A model generated the notes under the pieces. That model did not search any database and was not told the origin of the DNA. It saw only the letters and a program-made list of their open reading frames with translations. The position numbers were made by a program, and so were the translations under genes. A DNA stretch of 64,000 bases from Penicillus capitatus. Taxonomy: Eukaryota > Plantae > Chlorophyta. Below are positions 38,629 through 50,689 of the stretch, piece after piece (position 1 is the first letter of the stretch; the number at the start of each line of letters is the position of its first letter). The stretch lies in contig OZ287703.1 in assembly GCA_965649825.1 (NCBI GenBank), positions 1,049,722 through 1,113,721 of the forward strand, read 5' to 3'.

Positions 38629-39437
38629 ATGATAAAAAAGCCTTCGACTTATTTCCCGTTCGATGGCGCCTGCAGCTGCAGCCGTGGTGGTGACATCACA
38701 TTGACATTCGAAGACCGGTCTTCCTTGAAAACGCACTCCGCTGTCTTGAAGATGGCCTCTTCTGTCTTCGACTCGATGTTCACAGACTGTACAAAGACGA
38801 AGGAACTGACCCTCGAGAAGACATCTCGCGAGACGTGGGTTCACATTCTGAACCACCTACATCCTGCCGCAACACTTCTTTTCTCGACTTTCAATCCAGA
38901 CGATTATGTCGATCAACTGGTAAGGGATTTGTTTCTGGATAGAGAAAATCGTGTCCCTGTCTAGATGGGTCTTCTGGAGCAAGCAAGGAAGTTCTCTCTG
39001 GCATCATTGTTAATTGTTCTAGACGATGTCCTGTGTATGAACCTGCCAGCACAACTGACATACACCCCTGTTCAAGAAAAATCCACTGAATCCAATGATT
39101 CAACGCACCATCATATCTATAACGTTATACTTCGATTCGAGTTGGAATTGCCTCAGACCAGCTCGAAAGTTAGTGCGAATCTCGTTCAGTATTTGAAGAG
39201 TTTTCGGAGTCAGAGCTCTAACCGAGCAAGCGGCCACTGTGGACTTACCTACAATTACGATCAATACTCCTCTATGCAACAAGTGAGAGTCATCTAGAAT
39301 CACTCTTGAGTCATGATGCACTGTTTTAGAGACAGAATCCTCATCTCCAAAAGAAATTCGCAAAAGACATCATTAAAAGTGGAAGTCCTGACTTCTGTAA
39401 GAAGCTCATTGATGATCTGATCGACAACGTTCTTTGA
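38629..39437 (+). CDS. BTB/POZ paralogue 6 (3 exons, intact)
   Basis: STYFPFDGACSCSRGGD; introns 38920-38964 and ~39283-39329; ends DDLIDNVL*. Confidence 0.88.
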
Positions 39438-40026
39438 TTTTGAAGCCATAACGAATGTGCCTCAACCATTTCCCGACAACTGCAGCAATCCTTTCTAAAG
39501 CATCAGGAATTTTGGAGCTTAAGGCGAGTTCTGATACACCGGTGCTTTTGCACTGGAATGTTGAAAGATACAATTGCGTTGTTGAAAGACAAGTTTACGA
39601 ATCTCTAACATCCAACGCCGCCACATAGTTTTATGCTTTCCCATACAATGTTCCTTTTCCATTTCTTTTGACTTCTCGACGTAGAGAATTCGCTTGCCTG
39701 TGAGTAGAGTGGACTACAGTGATCTTAGTTGCATAGCCTTAAATCAGTTGAATACCTGCAAGCTTCAACGTCGAGTAATCTCGATGCGCCTAGCATACCC
39801 GCCCGCACAGAATGTAGCAAACAAAGGAGTAAGGAATGCCATCGCCTAAAACATGCAACGGGCATTGTAAATCTGACAAGACAGATGCGACAGAACAGAG
39901 GACGTGTTTGGCGGCAAACTACATCTGAATTTGCGTTACCTCACGCGAACTGTCTGTACACATCGGCTTGTTGATAGTGTTTGCTATTTCTCGGCGAGTT
40001 TGCCTTAGCACGGGGATCCAGACATT

Positions 40027-40890
40027 ATGATTCAAACGTCTTCAACCTATTTTCCGTTTGACGGCACCTGCAGTCTCAGCTGCAACGGGGACATCACATT
40101 GACATTCGAAGACAAGACTTCGTTGAAAGCGCATTCCGCACTGTTAAAGATGGCCTCTGCCGTCTTCGATTCGATGTTGACGGACTGTACGAAGACGAAG
40201 GAACTGACCCTCGAGAAGACATCTCGCGAGACGTGGGTTCACATTCTGAACCACCTTCATCCGGCCACAACACTCGTTTTTGCACCCTTCGATCCCGCTG
40301 ATAATGTCGATCAACTGGTGAGTGCGGCGCTCTTCCAAAAATTGAAAGCTGTATGCGGTGTTCAGAGGGATCTCTTGGAACAAGCAAGGAAGTTCTCTTT
40401 GAGATCATTGTTCACTCTAGTTGACGATGCACTATCCACGAATTTTCCGAAAGAACTGAAATACAACGCTCAGCAAACATCCGCCGAGATAGAAGGATCG
40501 ACATACATTCTTCTTTATAGTACTGCACTTCAATTTGAGTTGGATTTGCCGCGGACCTGTGCAAAAGTCAGTGCGAATGTCGTTCAGTATTTGAAAAGCT
40601 TTCAGAGTCCGAGTCCGAGTCCAAGTGTGAACACTGGGCAATGTATATATTGCGGTCGCATATGCAGCTCTCAAGGATACTGCAAGCGTTGCGGTGAATA
40701 CAGCGGTAGCAGTGCAACGTTTATTCGACAAGTAAGATGGCTTGAAATCGCTCAATTCTTCAATGTCCTGTCTTAGAATCAGGCTACTACTGCTCAGCAC
40801 CGTAAAAAATTTGCAGTGAATATCATTAAAGACGGAAGTCATGACTTCTATAAGAAGCTCGTTGTCGATTTGATCAACAACGTCTTGTGA
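40027..40890 (+). CDS. BTB/POZ paralogue 7 (3 exons, intact) with CxxC-x9-CxxC insert
   Basis: Introns ~40318-40366 and ~40731-40776; CIYCGRICSSQGYCKRCG. Confidence 0.88.
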
Positions 40891-41643
40891 CGTTGAACCC
40901 TACGCCATTGCATTCCAGTCTGCAGCAGTCCTTTTTGAGACATTGGACATTTAAGAGTCTGAGGCAAGTTTTGATGTGCCGGTTCCTTCTTGTTGGAATG
41001 TGAAACGAAGCAATTACGTTGCTGCAATGATAAGTCTGGCAGTGTTGCAAGTGTTTTCAAATGGGATCTCTCTAATGTCCATCCATCTTCGTCGCATATC
41101 TTCGGCTTTTTCGTTTGAGCTCCTTACTCGCTATCTCTGTCGATCTAAAAATGAACGAAAGCCACCTATGAGAAGAGTGGACTACAGAAAAGGTTCCTCG
41201 ATCATCTCGATCGGCGCAGAACTTCAACCTAGAGTGGAGTTAGATCTGATCCTGGAATCCCTGTAGAGAATGTGCAACTGTCCAAATAACGGCACATCGA
41301 TATTCTGCATGCGCAACCAGGTCAGTGAAGAAACCCTCCGGTATGTGAAGAGATGAGAAGTGCCATAGATCAAACGACAGATCTCAACTCCAGTAATGAT
41401 AGTAAGGGTGTCAGTCAGTCAATAAAGTGGTGTTCCTGGATCTGTTGAACGATGCCATTATCAACAAGTTTCAGCTGTTTTGCGTCCCAAGGTTGGGTAC
41501 TCGACAACATGATCGGGCAATATCTTTGAATTGGTTAGTTCACAGATGTCCAAACGTCAAAGATACCGATTACAAGGAGGCTGAGTGTATGACTCATATC
41601 AAGATTTGAAACAGTATCCATCGATCTCAAACACAATGACATA

Positions 41644-43390
41644 CTACTGAGACACCAGAAATGAAGGTAGCTTCGTTTGCAGCTCTTCGAGGGATTCTGC
41701 CACGGATGTTGGCTGCGCTGGGCAGTTTTGATCTGGTAAAGCGGACGGGATGTAGCCATATGTCGCAACCTACATATGCAGGATGTATCATAGTATCTAT
41801 CTTCAAAAGAAAATTCGAACCTGAGAGACCAAGACGAAAACACCAGCGCAGACGGCCAGAAGAGAGCCGATTTCAAGAACAAGAGGCACGCCTGTGTTTC
41901 TCGATCTCACTCTCTGGACAATGAGCCACAGCACAATGCCAGGGACAACTAAATAGCTGATCCCTTCTGCAGCTCCAAGGATTCCGACTGGCCCAGGAGG
42001 CAAACCACAACCTACGAAGGCAGGCTGTTCGCTCTAGACTATACGCAACACTGGAAAACGAGATACCTGTCTGGTAGAGTGTCCATTCTGACCAAGCGAT
42101 TACTGGCAGACAGATCGTTCCCAATCCACTCAGGAGAGGTAAGACAGGCATAGCTCTCTTCGGCGCATCCTCTGTCGATTGAGATGAAGTATCACCGTCC
42201 CGAGAAGCTTTCTGCAGATTGTCTTCATCAACTGTTCTGGTCTAAAGAAGGGGAGAATGAGAAAGCTCTTACCAGAAGGACGAGTCGCGGACAGTTTCTC
42301 TGTGTTTTTCTTCGGCAGTGGCTCCGCCTCGGTTTCCTCTTCGACAGGTTCCATCATTCTTTTGGCAACATCCAATGCTGCTTCATCCGCCGCCTTCAAC
42401 ACCGCCTGTACACCTTCCAGTTCGACGAATTCTGAGATGGGTGCTTTTTCTGTATCGCCGCCGTCAACAGTGTCCGATGTCATGCGTCCCGAGTCGATGT
42501 TTTGTGTATCTTGTACCCGTCCGACAGCATCTGACACTTGAACCGTCTCTGCTTCGGTTGACACTTCTTCTTGGAAGAGTTCCTGTGTCATGACAACGGC
42601 GTCCGTGTCTCCTCCGTTCGGCACCTCATCTGTGACCGATTGCTCTGGTGCATCGACTTCAGCTTTGGCAGATGTATTCTCTGAAGGAGAGGTCTCTTGT
42701 CGAATAGAGATGTCCACGGGTTCTGCATCGCTGTAATGGAGGATCACGTGCACAACGTCGTTCTTTCCTGAGGTATCCGGCATCTAAATACATTCCTTCT
42801 GCACACGCGCTCTGCAAAGGTAAATCACATACCTGCAGGATTCTGTTCTTTCCTTGCTCCCATTCCACAAAATCAGCGTCCTCAGAAACCGAGACAAACT
42901 GCAACAAACAGCTCATTCTATAATTCAATTCCGGTTATGTGTGAGGTGACTTTGGCCTCGACTGTTGAACTCTTAGGTAGCCGCGTTTGCAGAGTCCAGA
43001 GATCGCCCTCTGTCCATGTCATCAACGGAGCGGCTTCCAGATCCCAATTGCCAAGTGCTTCGCAATCGCCGCAAATCTTGAGAGACAATCCAAATTCCAA
43101 AGCTGCCGATACAGTAAGCTTCACAGGCACAGTGTCCTCCACTTCCGAAGGAGATGTCACATCACCCTGCCATCAGACTCCTCTGTCAGTAAGGACACGA
43201 CCCACCTGGGCAGCGATTCCATGGGGTGTCACCTTAGCCCGAGCTCTCGTTATGAGCGAAGGGGATCTCCATTTTGCCACAGATATCCGAACTGCCTCAA
43301 GCAAGACAGGTGATGAAGCCCACGGAGAAAGGGCAGGCACCGAAGGATCTTGCCAAGGAACAGCGATGCGACTGGGACACGCGTTTCCAT
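41644..43390 (-). CDS. CBM20 starch-binding protein with acidic linker and probable C-terminal plant-type membrane domain
   Basis: CBM20 motifs GDCEALGNWDLEAAPLMTWTEGDLW and EAK|FVSV..EWEQGKNRILQ; C-terminal IAWSEWTLYQTG|CGLPPGP..GAAEGISYL..YGYIPSALPD; joined by in-frame GT-AG introns. Confidence 0.7.
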
Positions 43391-43612
43391 CGTCGCAAAC
43401 GTGGCGTGTGTTTCGAAGCAGCGCTATGGCTGTTCCCTCGAGATGCCGTTCGCTTCGGAACCGAAGCAGAGCTCGACACGATCATCGGTAACGGGATCTG
43501 CCACTGCACCGCTCAATGATCCGTTACAAGATACAGACAGGATCGCACGAACCAACGTCTCACGGACGCGAGAGATAAGACTCATGACCAAGCAGAGAAG
43601 GACAGGCGCATC

Positions 43613-44776
43613 TTAGATATCGTACAGTGCCGTCGTGCCAAGGAAGTAGATATTGAATCGGACCCAATCTGGAGTGGTCTTACGATTGAGCCACAGCGGC
43701 CGATCGGTAAGGAGATGCCGAAAACAGGGATCCCTCTTGAGTTTTCTCTTCTTTGCTCTGCCGTCCCAGAACTCCTTAGGCCTCCTACAACCAGGCCGAG
43801 GCCTGTCGACAGGACACGCGATGTCTTCGAGCGTTTACTGAAAGAGGAGCCTCCACAGGTCCTCTACGTCCATCTTGATCACGTAGTCTCGCCATTCGTC
43901 CTTTGGCATCTCAGGGAATGGCGGGCTCCATATAATCTCTTTTACGGTTGGGGGCATCTGGAGATTGCCCTCTTCGTCGCAGCTGATGTCGTATGGATTG
44001 ACAGTGTCCTCTCTCACACCTTCGAGTTCTCTCAGCGTCTCCTTCACTGCAAAACGCATCGAGCGATGTGACAGCTGCTATGGCCCTGCGCATGCGGATC
44101 ACCTGGATCAGCCTTCTTTGTTTTGAGATGTTCCGGAAAAACGTGAGAGACGGGGTAGCGCAGCTTCTTGATGCTCTGTGCCAAGATCTGCACGCATTCG
44201 ATGACGTTCAACAGATTGCATCGTGGCTGAATTGCACATACCGTCACTCTCGATCGATGGCGTCCAGTGGCACCATCGGTCCACATCTCCTGCTGCAGTT
44301 TGCCCAGAAGATAGATCTCTTCTCCCTTGCGGAGGTGTTCCTTGACAGAGAGAGCCAACGGACCCCATACATGCGCCTCAAACCTCCAAAGTCCCACAGA
44401 CCATCGAATTGTGATCCACGATGATGGTGTACCATTGCTGACGTCGTGTCTGTTGAGCAAGCAATCCGACGGAGAGGACCGTCTTGTAGCTGCCTGTCTT
44501 GAATTCGGAGAACTCAGGGTCCTTTGCTAAGAATGCCGTCATCTGAATTCGGTTTTCCATCTCCGGGCGAAAGGAGATCTCTTCCAATGGCTCGGTGAGT
44601 GACGTCGGTGGTTGTTTGATCGGCAGACCGAAGAGCTCTCGGGTTTCATCGTCGGAAAATCCGTTCGCGCCGCCACTCGACGATCGCATCTGTCGAAACG
44701 CGATCCATCTCGGCTGCGTCGACAGCAAAGGCCAACGTCGAATGTATCCCTGCGGAAGGGTACGTGACAGCCACAT
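43613..44776 (-). CDS. Organellar single-stranded DNA-binding protein, OSB-type (SSB fold + PDF-like motif)
   Basis: Presequence-like N-terminus; SSB fold (W|FEAHVWGPLA..KGEEIYLLGKLQQEMWTD); LWRLLFQ|RPKEFWDGR..DPCFRH..LWL..TPDWV after intron 43785-43838. Confidence 0.8.
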
Positions 44777-45024
44777 GGATCGCACATAGAATTACGATTT
44801 CGAACACATCTGTCCAGCAAATTGCCCGTTCCATCCATACAACAAACCGTAGGCACTCGGATTCGACCTCAAGCAACGCAAAACGTCTATCTCTGTCGAA
44901 ATGGATCGAGACCAGATTTCAACGCGTTTGCGACGAAGATAGAGAGAGCGTCATGCATTGCGTTTATCTCATGACGATGCCGCACAGATTTTTCGAAAAG
45001 AGAACGCATGCGGTCCATAGATTG

Positions 45025-45480
45025 TTATTGAGGACGATGCGTCGTCGTTGTCGTCGACTGTTTGTTCAGTTCTTCTTCGACACGTCGACGCGCACGTCTT
45101 TCATATCGACATTCCTGTTCGATCTTCCGAATCCGTTGCTGTCCATCGGCACATGAGACATCGCACTCCGTAAGAGCATCCACCATTCTTACTTTCAGTT
45201 TCTGACGCATGATCTGTTCTCGGTCGCCTTTGGAGATCGTCTCTTCGGCAATGGACTTTGGAAATACGCGACAGGACGTCTCGCTGTACGCCGCCTCCTG
45301 CAAACACCGAGATCGCGATGTGGGGATATCCAGCAGTGCCGCTGTACTCTGCGCTGTGCTGCTTCGTCTTTGACGCCGTGCACTTTTCCATGCGCCTCCA
45401 TGCGCCGCCAGAATTCCCTTTGACACCACTGCCGCCAGTTCGCCTCCGAGATCATCTTGGCCATCCATCAATCCCATCAT
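45025..45480 (-). CDS. Hypothetical coiled-coil protein
   Basis: Open frame from ATG 45480 with a charged helical C-terminus (RIRKIEQECRYERRARRRVEEEL). Confidence 0.4.
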   Translation of the reverse strand: MMGLMDGQDDLGGELAAVVSKGILAAHGGAWKSARRQRRSSTAQSTAALLDIPTSRSRCLQEAAYSETSCRVFPKSIAEETISKGDREQIMRQKLKVRMVDALTECDVSCADGQQRIRKIEQECRYERRARRRVEEELNKQSTTTTTHRPQ

Positions 45481-45591
45481 CGGATCGCATTTGATACCAT
45501 CCACTTCCGAAGCAGCGGCTACATGAATGCAGCGTCTGGTGCTCAACGAGGGACAGCCGTCCAATAACCGCCGAGACGACGACACTTTGCC

Positions 45592-47369
45592 ATGCGATGT
45601 CGTAAGACACGGTCACTCTTCCACCCTTCTCTCGACGCCTCAGCACAGGACCTCTCGGACATCGCATTACGTATGTCCAAAGCTATCAAGCTCCGCGACA
45701 GGTATCCGCCATCGCCGACGATGCCTTCGTAAAGAGTGACGTGCTGTTGGTCACAGGGTACACCGTCTGAAGGAGTACAAGTGCTGTTTTAAAGGAACCG
45801 ACGCTGTGCGATGGATGTTGGAGAATGGAGTGGCCCGTCACATCGAGGAAGCCGAGAAACTCGGCAACCGTTTACGCGAACAGGGATTCATTCGACATGT
45901 CACGAACACATACACCTTCCATAACAAAGATTACTACTATTGGTTTCATGAGTCGATTGTCGAGAGGTGGGCATGCCACACACTTCTGCCGTGATGGATG
46001 TGGCCATATGATGTGACAGCTGTGCATGCTCGCCCTCTTCTTCGTACACTTCTATACTGGGATGGCGAGGAACGGTCACGGCAGACGACTACGATATGGG
46101 CAATGAGCTCATCCAGCTGCAGCGAACGGTTCATGAGATCCGAGGAGAAATGGCGAAAGGCTTTGGCGAGAGCTGCACCCGATGGACGTCTTTATCGCAG
46201 CGAATGGATCAATTCGAGAGAAGACTTCAGAGAGAAGCTGCTCAGCAGCGACGGTGTTTCTGGCTTATGGCTTTGGCATATGGAGTGGTGGTCTTGATGA
46301 TCAACGTGCACTGGCTCGTGAACACCTTGGCACTTATCTTCATTCTCCACACTGCCACAAGACGCATTCTCGTGCCCAGCGCGATCTCCCCATCGCATTG
46401 TGAGAGGCAAAGGGCAGAGGAAGCCTCGTGTGTCAGTGCCTCTTCTGGAGAGGACACGTCATCCGATGATGTGGGCATGACAGTGACAGGCGTAACCGTA
46501 GAGGATTTTGTGGAATGGCCGGATGCACCGTGTCTCTGGTTTGCACCGCCCTGTCTTCTGCATCCATCGCCACGGAAACTCAGATGCAACCAAGAAACGC
46601 CCTTCACCTTCGAAACGGAGCTCTTTCGAGGATGCGCCCTATTCTGGGTGAGTTCGCTGCCATCTGCCCCGGCATCATACTTCGCCGTGAGCCTCCCACC
46701 CCCATCCGATCGCCAACATGTGACCTCCCTCGGTTGACAGGGGAAGAAACGAAAAAGCGCGCTTGTGATTCAAGGACGGTTTAAAGAGCCGTTGACTTTT
46801 GAGGACGTCCTGAGCGGACATCAATTCGCCCATCCTCTACGCGACATTCCGGCCGAGTTCTTACTGAAAGCCATACTCAAGGTGGCCAAGACACTCAATC
46901 CCTCATCGCGTCATCAGCTCACGCCGCAACCGCAGTTTCTGACCAACCTCATCAGCACCGCACAGGTCTGTCCCTTCTCCCCTCTGTCTTCTCGGACACC
47001 TGTCATCGGCAGGTGGTGAATGTCGCGCTGCCAGGAGATGAGCCTTCACTGCTGAATGCCACGGAGGATATGCGTCTTGTGGATATGGCGTTTCGAGACG
47101 AGAGAGGTGATCCCATCTCTCCTGCTGCTCGGAAGCGTATGGTGTTTGAAGAATCGCAACGTCTGCATCAGCGGTTTGACACGGAGCACGTGTGGACATT
47201 CATGTTCTGGCAGCATCTTTTGGATCTGAGCACGTATCAATTGGATCTAACGATCAAACGGATCCATCTGCTGCATCATCTGAACGGACAGCCGTTGCAG
47301 TTAATGGCACGGCACGGGGACGGACGCTTTCTATGGAATTTCGAAATCTGGCATCGAGATCTCCTCTAG
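45592..47369 (+). CDS. DEP domain + coiled coil + TM segment + DUF1769-like domain protein
   Basis: IKLRDR|VHRLKEYKCCFKGTDAVRWM..GFIRHV..TF (DEP); PFTFETELFRG..GKKRKSALVIQGRFK..FDTEHVWTFMFWQH..LNGQPLQLMAR (DUF1769-like). Confidence 0.75.
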
Positions 47370-47488
47370 ATTCTTCGACGCCTATTGCGAAACGATCTGA
47401 GTGTGACAGCGCAGCACAGCGCCCTGGTCGAATTGCATCTCTCGGTCGCGTTCTCGAAAACGCCGCCGCCGCCGCCAGCGTGACGCCT

Positions 47489-48988
47489 ATGACGCCTGCG
47501 ATGAAAGAGACAACGTCACAGACGTCGGGAAGAGCACAGGAGCTGCAAGCGATTCCCTGTATCGATGTGCGTCTCGCTACGCCTTACCTCGCCAGCAGAC
47601 GGCAGCGATGCCATCCGCGTCGATACCATCGACGCTCTGCCTTTCGACTTCTCCTCAAACCGCGTGAACCCTCAGCCGCATCACCGACGCCGACGAACAC
47701 CCTCACCTGTGCGTCCCCTCCCGACAGCCCAACCTCGTTTCGAAGTCGCGTCGACAGGCGCGTGCGTTTTCGAGAGATACCGAGAGGCGCAGGCGGCGTG
47801 TCTTGAATACGTGCGTCTCTCGGGAGCATCGTGGACGGATATCTCTCCTGACATCGGCCACCGCTTTCCGTCGTTGCAGTGTCTCGATCTGAGCGACAAC
47901 CAGATTTCGAGTCTCGCACCGTTGGCGGCTCTGCCGTTGCTGCGTCGACTCGACGTCGCCTCCAATACCATACGCACCCTCAGCGATCTCCCCCTGGACG
48001 CCTTCCGTTTCCTCGAGACGCTCGACGTCAGTTACAACCACCTCGATGCCGAAGGACTGTTTGCCAAGGAGGCGCCTTTGGGACGTCTGCCCCGACTGAG
48101 ACGTCTCTGCGCCAGCGGCAATGGACTGACAAGCATTCCGCCTATCTGTGCGCCGTTTCCGCGTCTGATAGATCTCTGCCTCAGCCACAACGACCTGACT
48201 GGAGTCGATCTGTCACGCCTCCTCCTTTCCATTCAGACATTACGCAACGTTGATGTCGAACACAACCGCATCAGCGTTCTCTCAGGTACGGCCGAGTCAT
48301 GACACATATGTCCACGATCTCTCTTGCCGCAGATCATCGAATTCAAGCAATACTCTCACAACTGGCATCGGTGAATCTAGAAGGGAACCCCTGTCAAACG
48401 ATCCCCTCGCAGGCTGGCCGTAACCCGCATCCCGTTTCTCCCTTTTCGCTTCGCTTGAATTCCATCCGCCCCGTGTTCAAAAAACGGCAGAGCCATCGAG
48501 AAAACGGCGCCGCCAGGGGCGATGGAGATCGGACGCCTAGAAAGCCAGCAAGAGATCTCAGTGGACAATGGGTATTATTCGATAACGAAGAGGAGGAGAT
48601 GCATACAACGCATGCAGACATCGTACGTGTGACAGACACATCCATACGTGATCATCATCGTCATCATCATCTGGATAACATGAACAACACGACGGTGCAC
48701 TGGGCATGGAGCGAAGTAGAGGACCCCACAGTTCAGGCCGCCTTAAAACTTGGCTTGCATCCAAAACATGTGGCGACTGGAAAACAAAAACAGCACTCAA
48801 GAAACGGAGTCGCGTGGCGGCCTGAGAGAGTCTTGCAGCAGGTGTTACGGCAAAACTGCCCAGGCTGCTATTTCCGCATGAATTGCACAAATGTGATGCG
48901 ACCCACAGAGACGTCAAAAAGAAAACGGCGATTCCAAAAGACAAGATGCATGCGCAAAGAAGAAAGGCGTTCGCCGCCGGGCTTATGA
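47489..48988 (+). CDS. Leucine-rich-repeat protein (loosely XRRA1-like)
   Basis: LDLSDNQI, LDVASNTI, LDVSYNHL, LCASGNGL, LCLSHNDL repeats; start exon uncertain. Confidence 0.75.
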
Positions 48989-50655
48989 CTGAAAGAGATA
49001 AGGTAAACTCGGATTGGTGCGTCGACTGTCTAATTTTCTAAACTTTGATGAGTAACATGTAAAGAGCCTTGCGTGGGCGAAACGGACGTTGCAGTCGACG
49101 ACTCTTAAGTACGACAGCTCCTCCAATCGACCCAACGCTAAATTCTGCACTCCAGTATCGGTGATCTCTTTACAACCTGCGAAATCGATGGTCCTTAAGG
49201 ATCGAATCGAAGCCAGCGATGCCAGTCCAGCATCATGAACGTGCTCACAGTGCCGTACGACAATTTGGGTCAAGTGCTGAAGAAGAGAGAGGGTGGTGAA
49301 ACGATTGCCTTCCAGCGAACGGTTGTTAGCGATCGTCAACGATTCCAATGCCTTCAGTCCTGCCACCGATGGCAACGAGGCGTCTGTCAGTCCGTCACAG
49401 TAACTGTGCTCCAGTGTTCTCAAGAGTGACATGTGTGAGAGACCTGTAAAATGACGATCCGATAGATCGGGACAGGCAATGAGTGTCAGAGAACTGAGCG
49501 AGGCGAGTTTGTGAAAAGACTGTCCAGAGAGAAAGGCGTAGCCCCGAATAACGAGCTCCTTCAGACGCGAAAGCGGAGCGATGGCGTCCAGAGAGGCATC
49601 CATAAGACAAGGGGTCCTCTCTGCATGACCACTGCTGAGTGACAGCGACGTCAGTCGTGTCAGTGCCTTAAGATGTGACATGCCTTCCGGCCGCAGCTCG
49701 GTACAGCCCTCGAGAACGATGATCTCCAGTGATGGTATCTTTCCCAAGATCCAGAGAAACCTTTCTTCACTCAAGGAGGTGAGATGTGACAGCCTCAACT
49801 CCTCCAGCTTGGACAGATTCGTGAGCTCCGCGAATCCTTGAAGTGTGAAAACGGGTCTGGATGATAAGATCAGTCTCTTGAGTTGGGATAAGCTCCACGA
49901 CATCGCCTGGATCCATCGATCGATCGAAGGGTCACATCACGGACGCATCTTACCATCAGTGCGAGATCGGTGCATGCGTTGTCTTGCGGCCGTCGATGTT
50001 GGAAATGCAGCTCTGTGAGTCGTCGCAGCTTCACGACAGCTTCTATGCCTTCATCGCTCATGCCGGTCGCATCGTTCAGTTTCAGCACTTCCAGCTGGGC
50101 CAAGGACGTCAATGCGCCCATCCCTCGGTGCGTCAAGAACGGCAGGGCGCTGAGATTTAAGTACGTCAGTTTGCTGAGACGTGACACCTGCTCGATCCCT
50201 CCATTCGTCAACCCTGTGCACTTTTTCAGATTCAGATACGTCAGTTCCGTGAGCAGTTGACAAATTCCGCCCAGTCCTGCATCGCTTATGAGCGTTGCCG
50301 AAGACAGGTTGAGCTTCTGGAGCTGTGTCAGTCGATAGAAGGTTGCCAGCCAGGTGTCTGTGACGAGGGGCAGTCGCACACATGTCAAATTTTTGAGCTT
50401 GGACAGAACGTCGAGTCCTCGCAGACTCAAATCCCCTACTCGCGTGAGGTCCAGTTTGCGCAGCTTCGGGAAAGCGCGCTCGAGGCGGTGGACGCCGAGA
50501 CGCTTGGGTCGCAGGGCCACGACGCCAGAGCGACTGGCATCACGCCATTGACGACTGACGAGGCGGCACCAGATGGCGTCTTCGGAGGAGAGCAGGGCGA
50601 AGAGCTTTGCCAGGAAGAAGTCTTGGAAACCGGCGCCGAGGCTTTCCCAATCCAT
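48983..50655 (-). CDS. F-box / cysteine-containing LRR protein (FBXL-like)
   Basis: N-terminal F-box-like [17 protein letters not shown]; repeats [14 protein letters not shown] and [13 protein letters not shown]. Confidence 0.85.
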
Positions 50656-50689
50656 CGACGGCGATGCAAAACGTCTTGTCAGATGCGAG

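Larger units (their letters stand above)
38330..41100 (+). repeat. Tandem duplication, ~1.4-kb period (units from ~38330 and ~39735), each holding one BTB gene
   Basis: Upstream blocks ttgaatacctg..aagcttcaac..cgatgcgcctagcata repeated, plus genes and 3' flanks. Confidence 0.85.

Noticed and set aside
43613-43860. Apparent in-frame TAA read-through (LLFQ*TLED..), suggesting the TAR=Gln code of some ulvophytes
   Set aside because: A 54-nt GT-AG intron (43785-43838) removes the TAA and restores the PDF-like motif; long ORFs use CAA/CAG throughout and TAA ends the HNH and BTB genes
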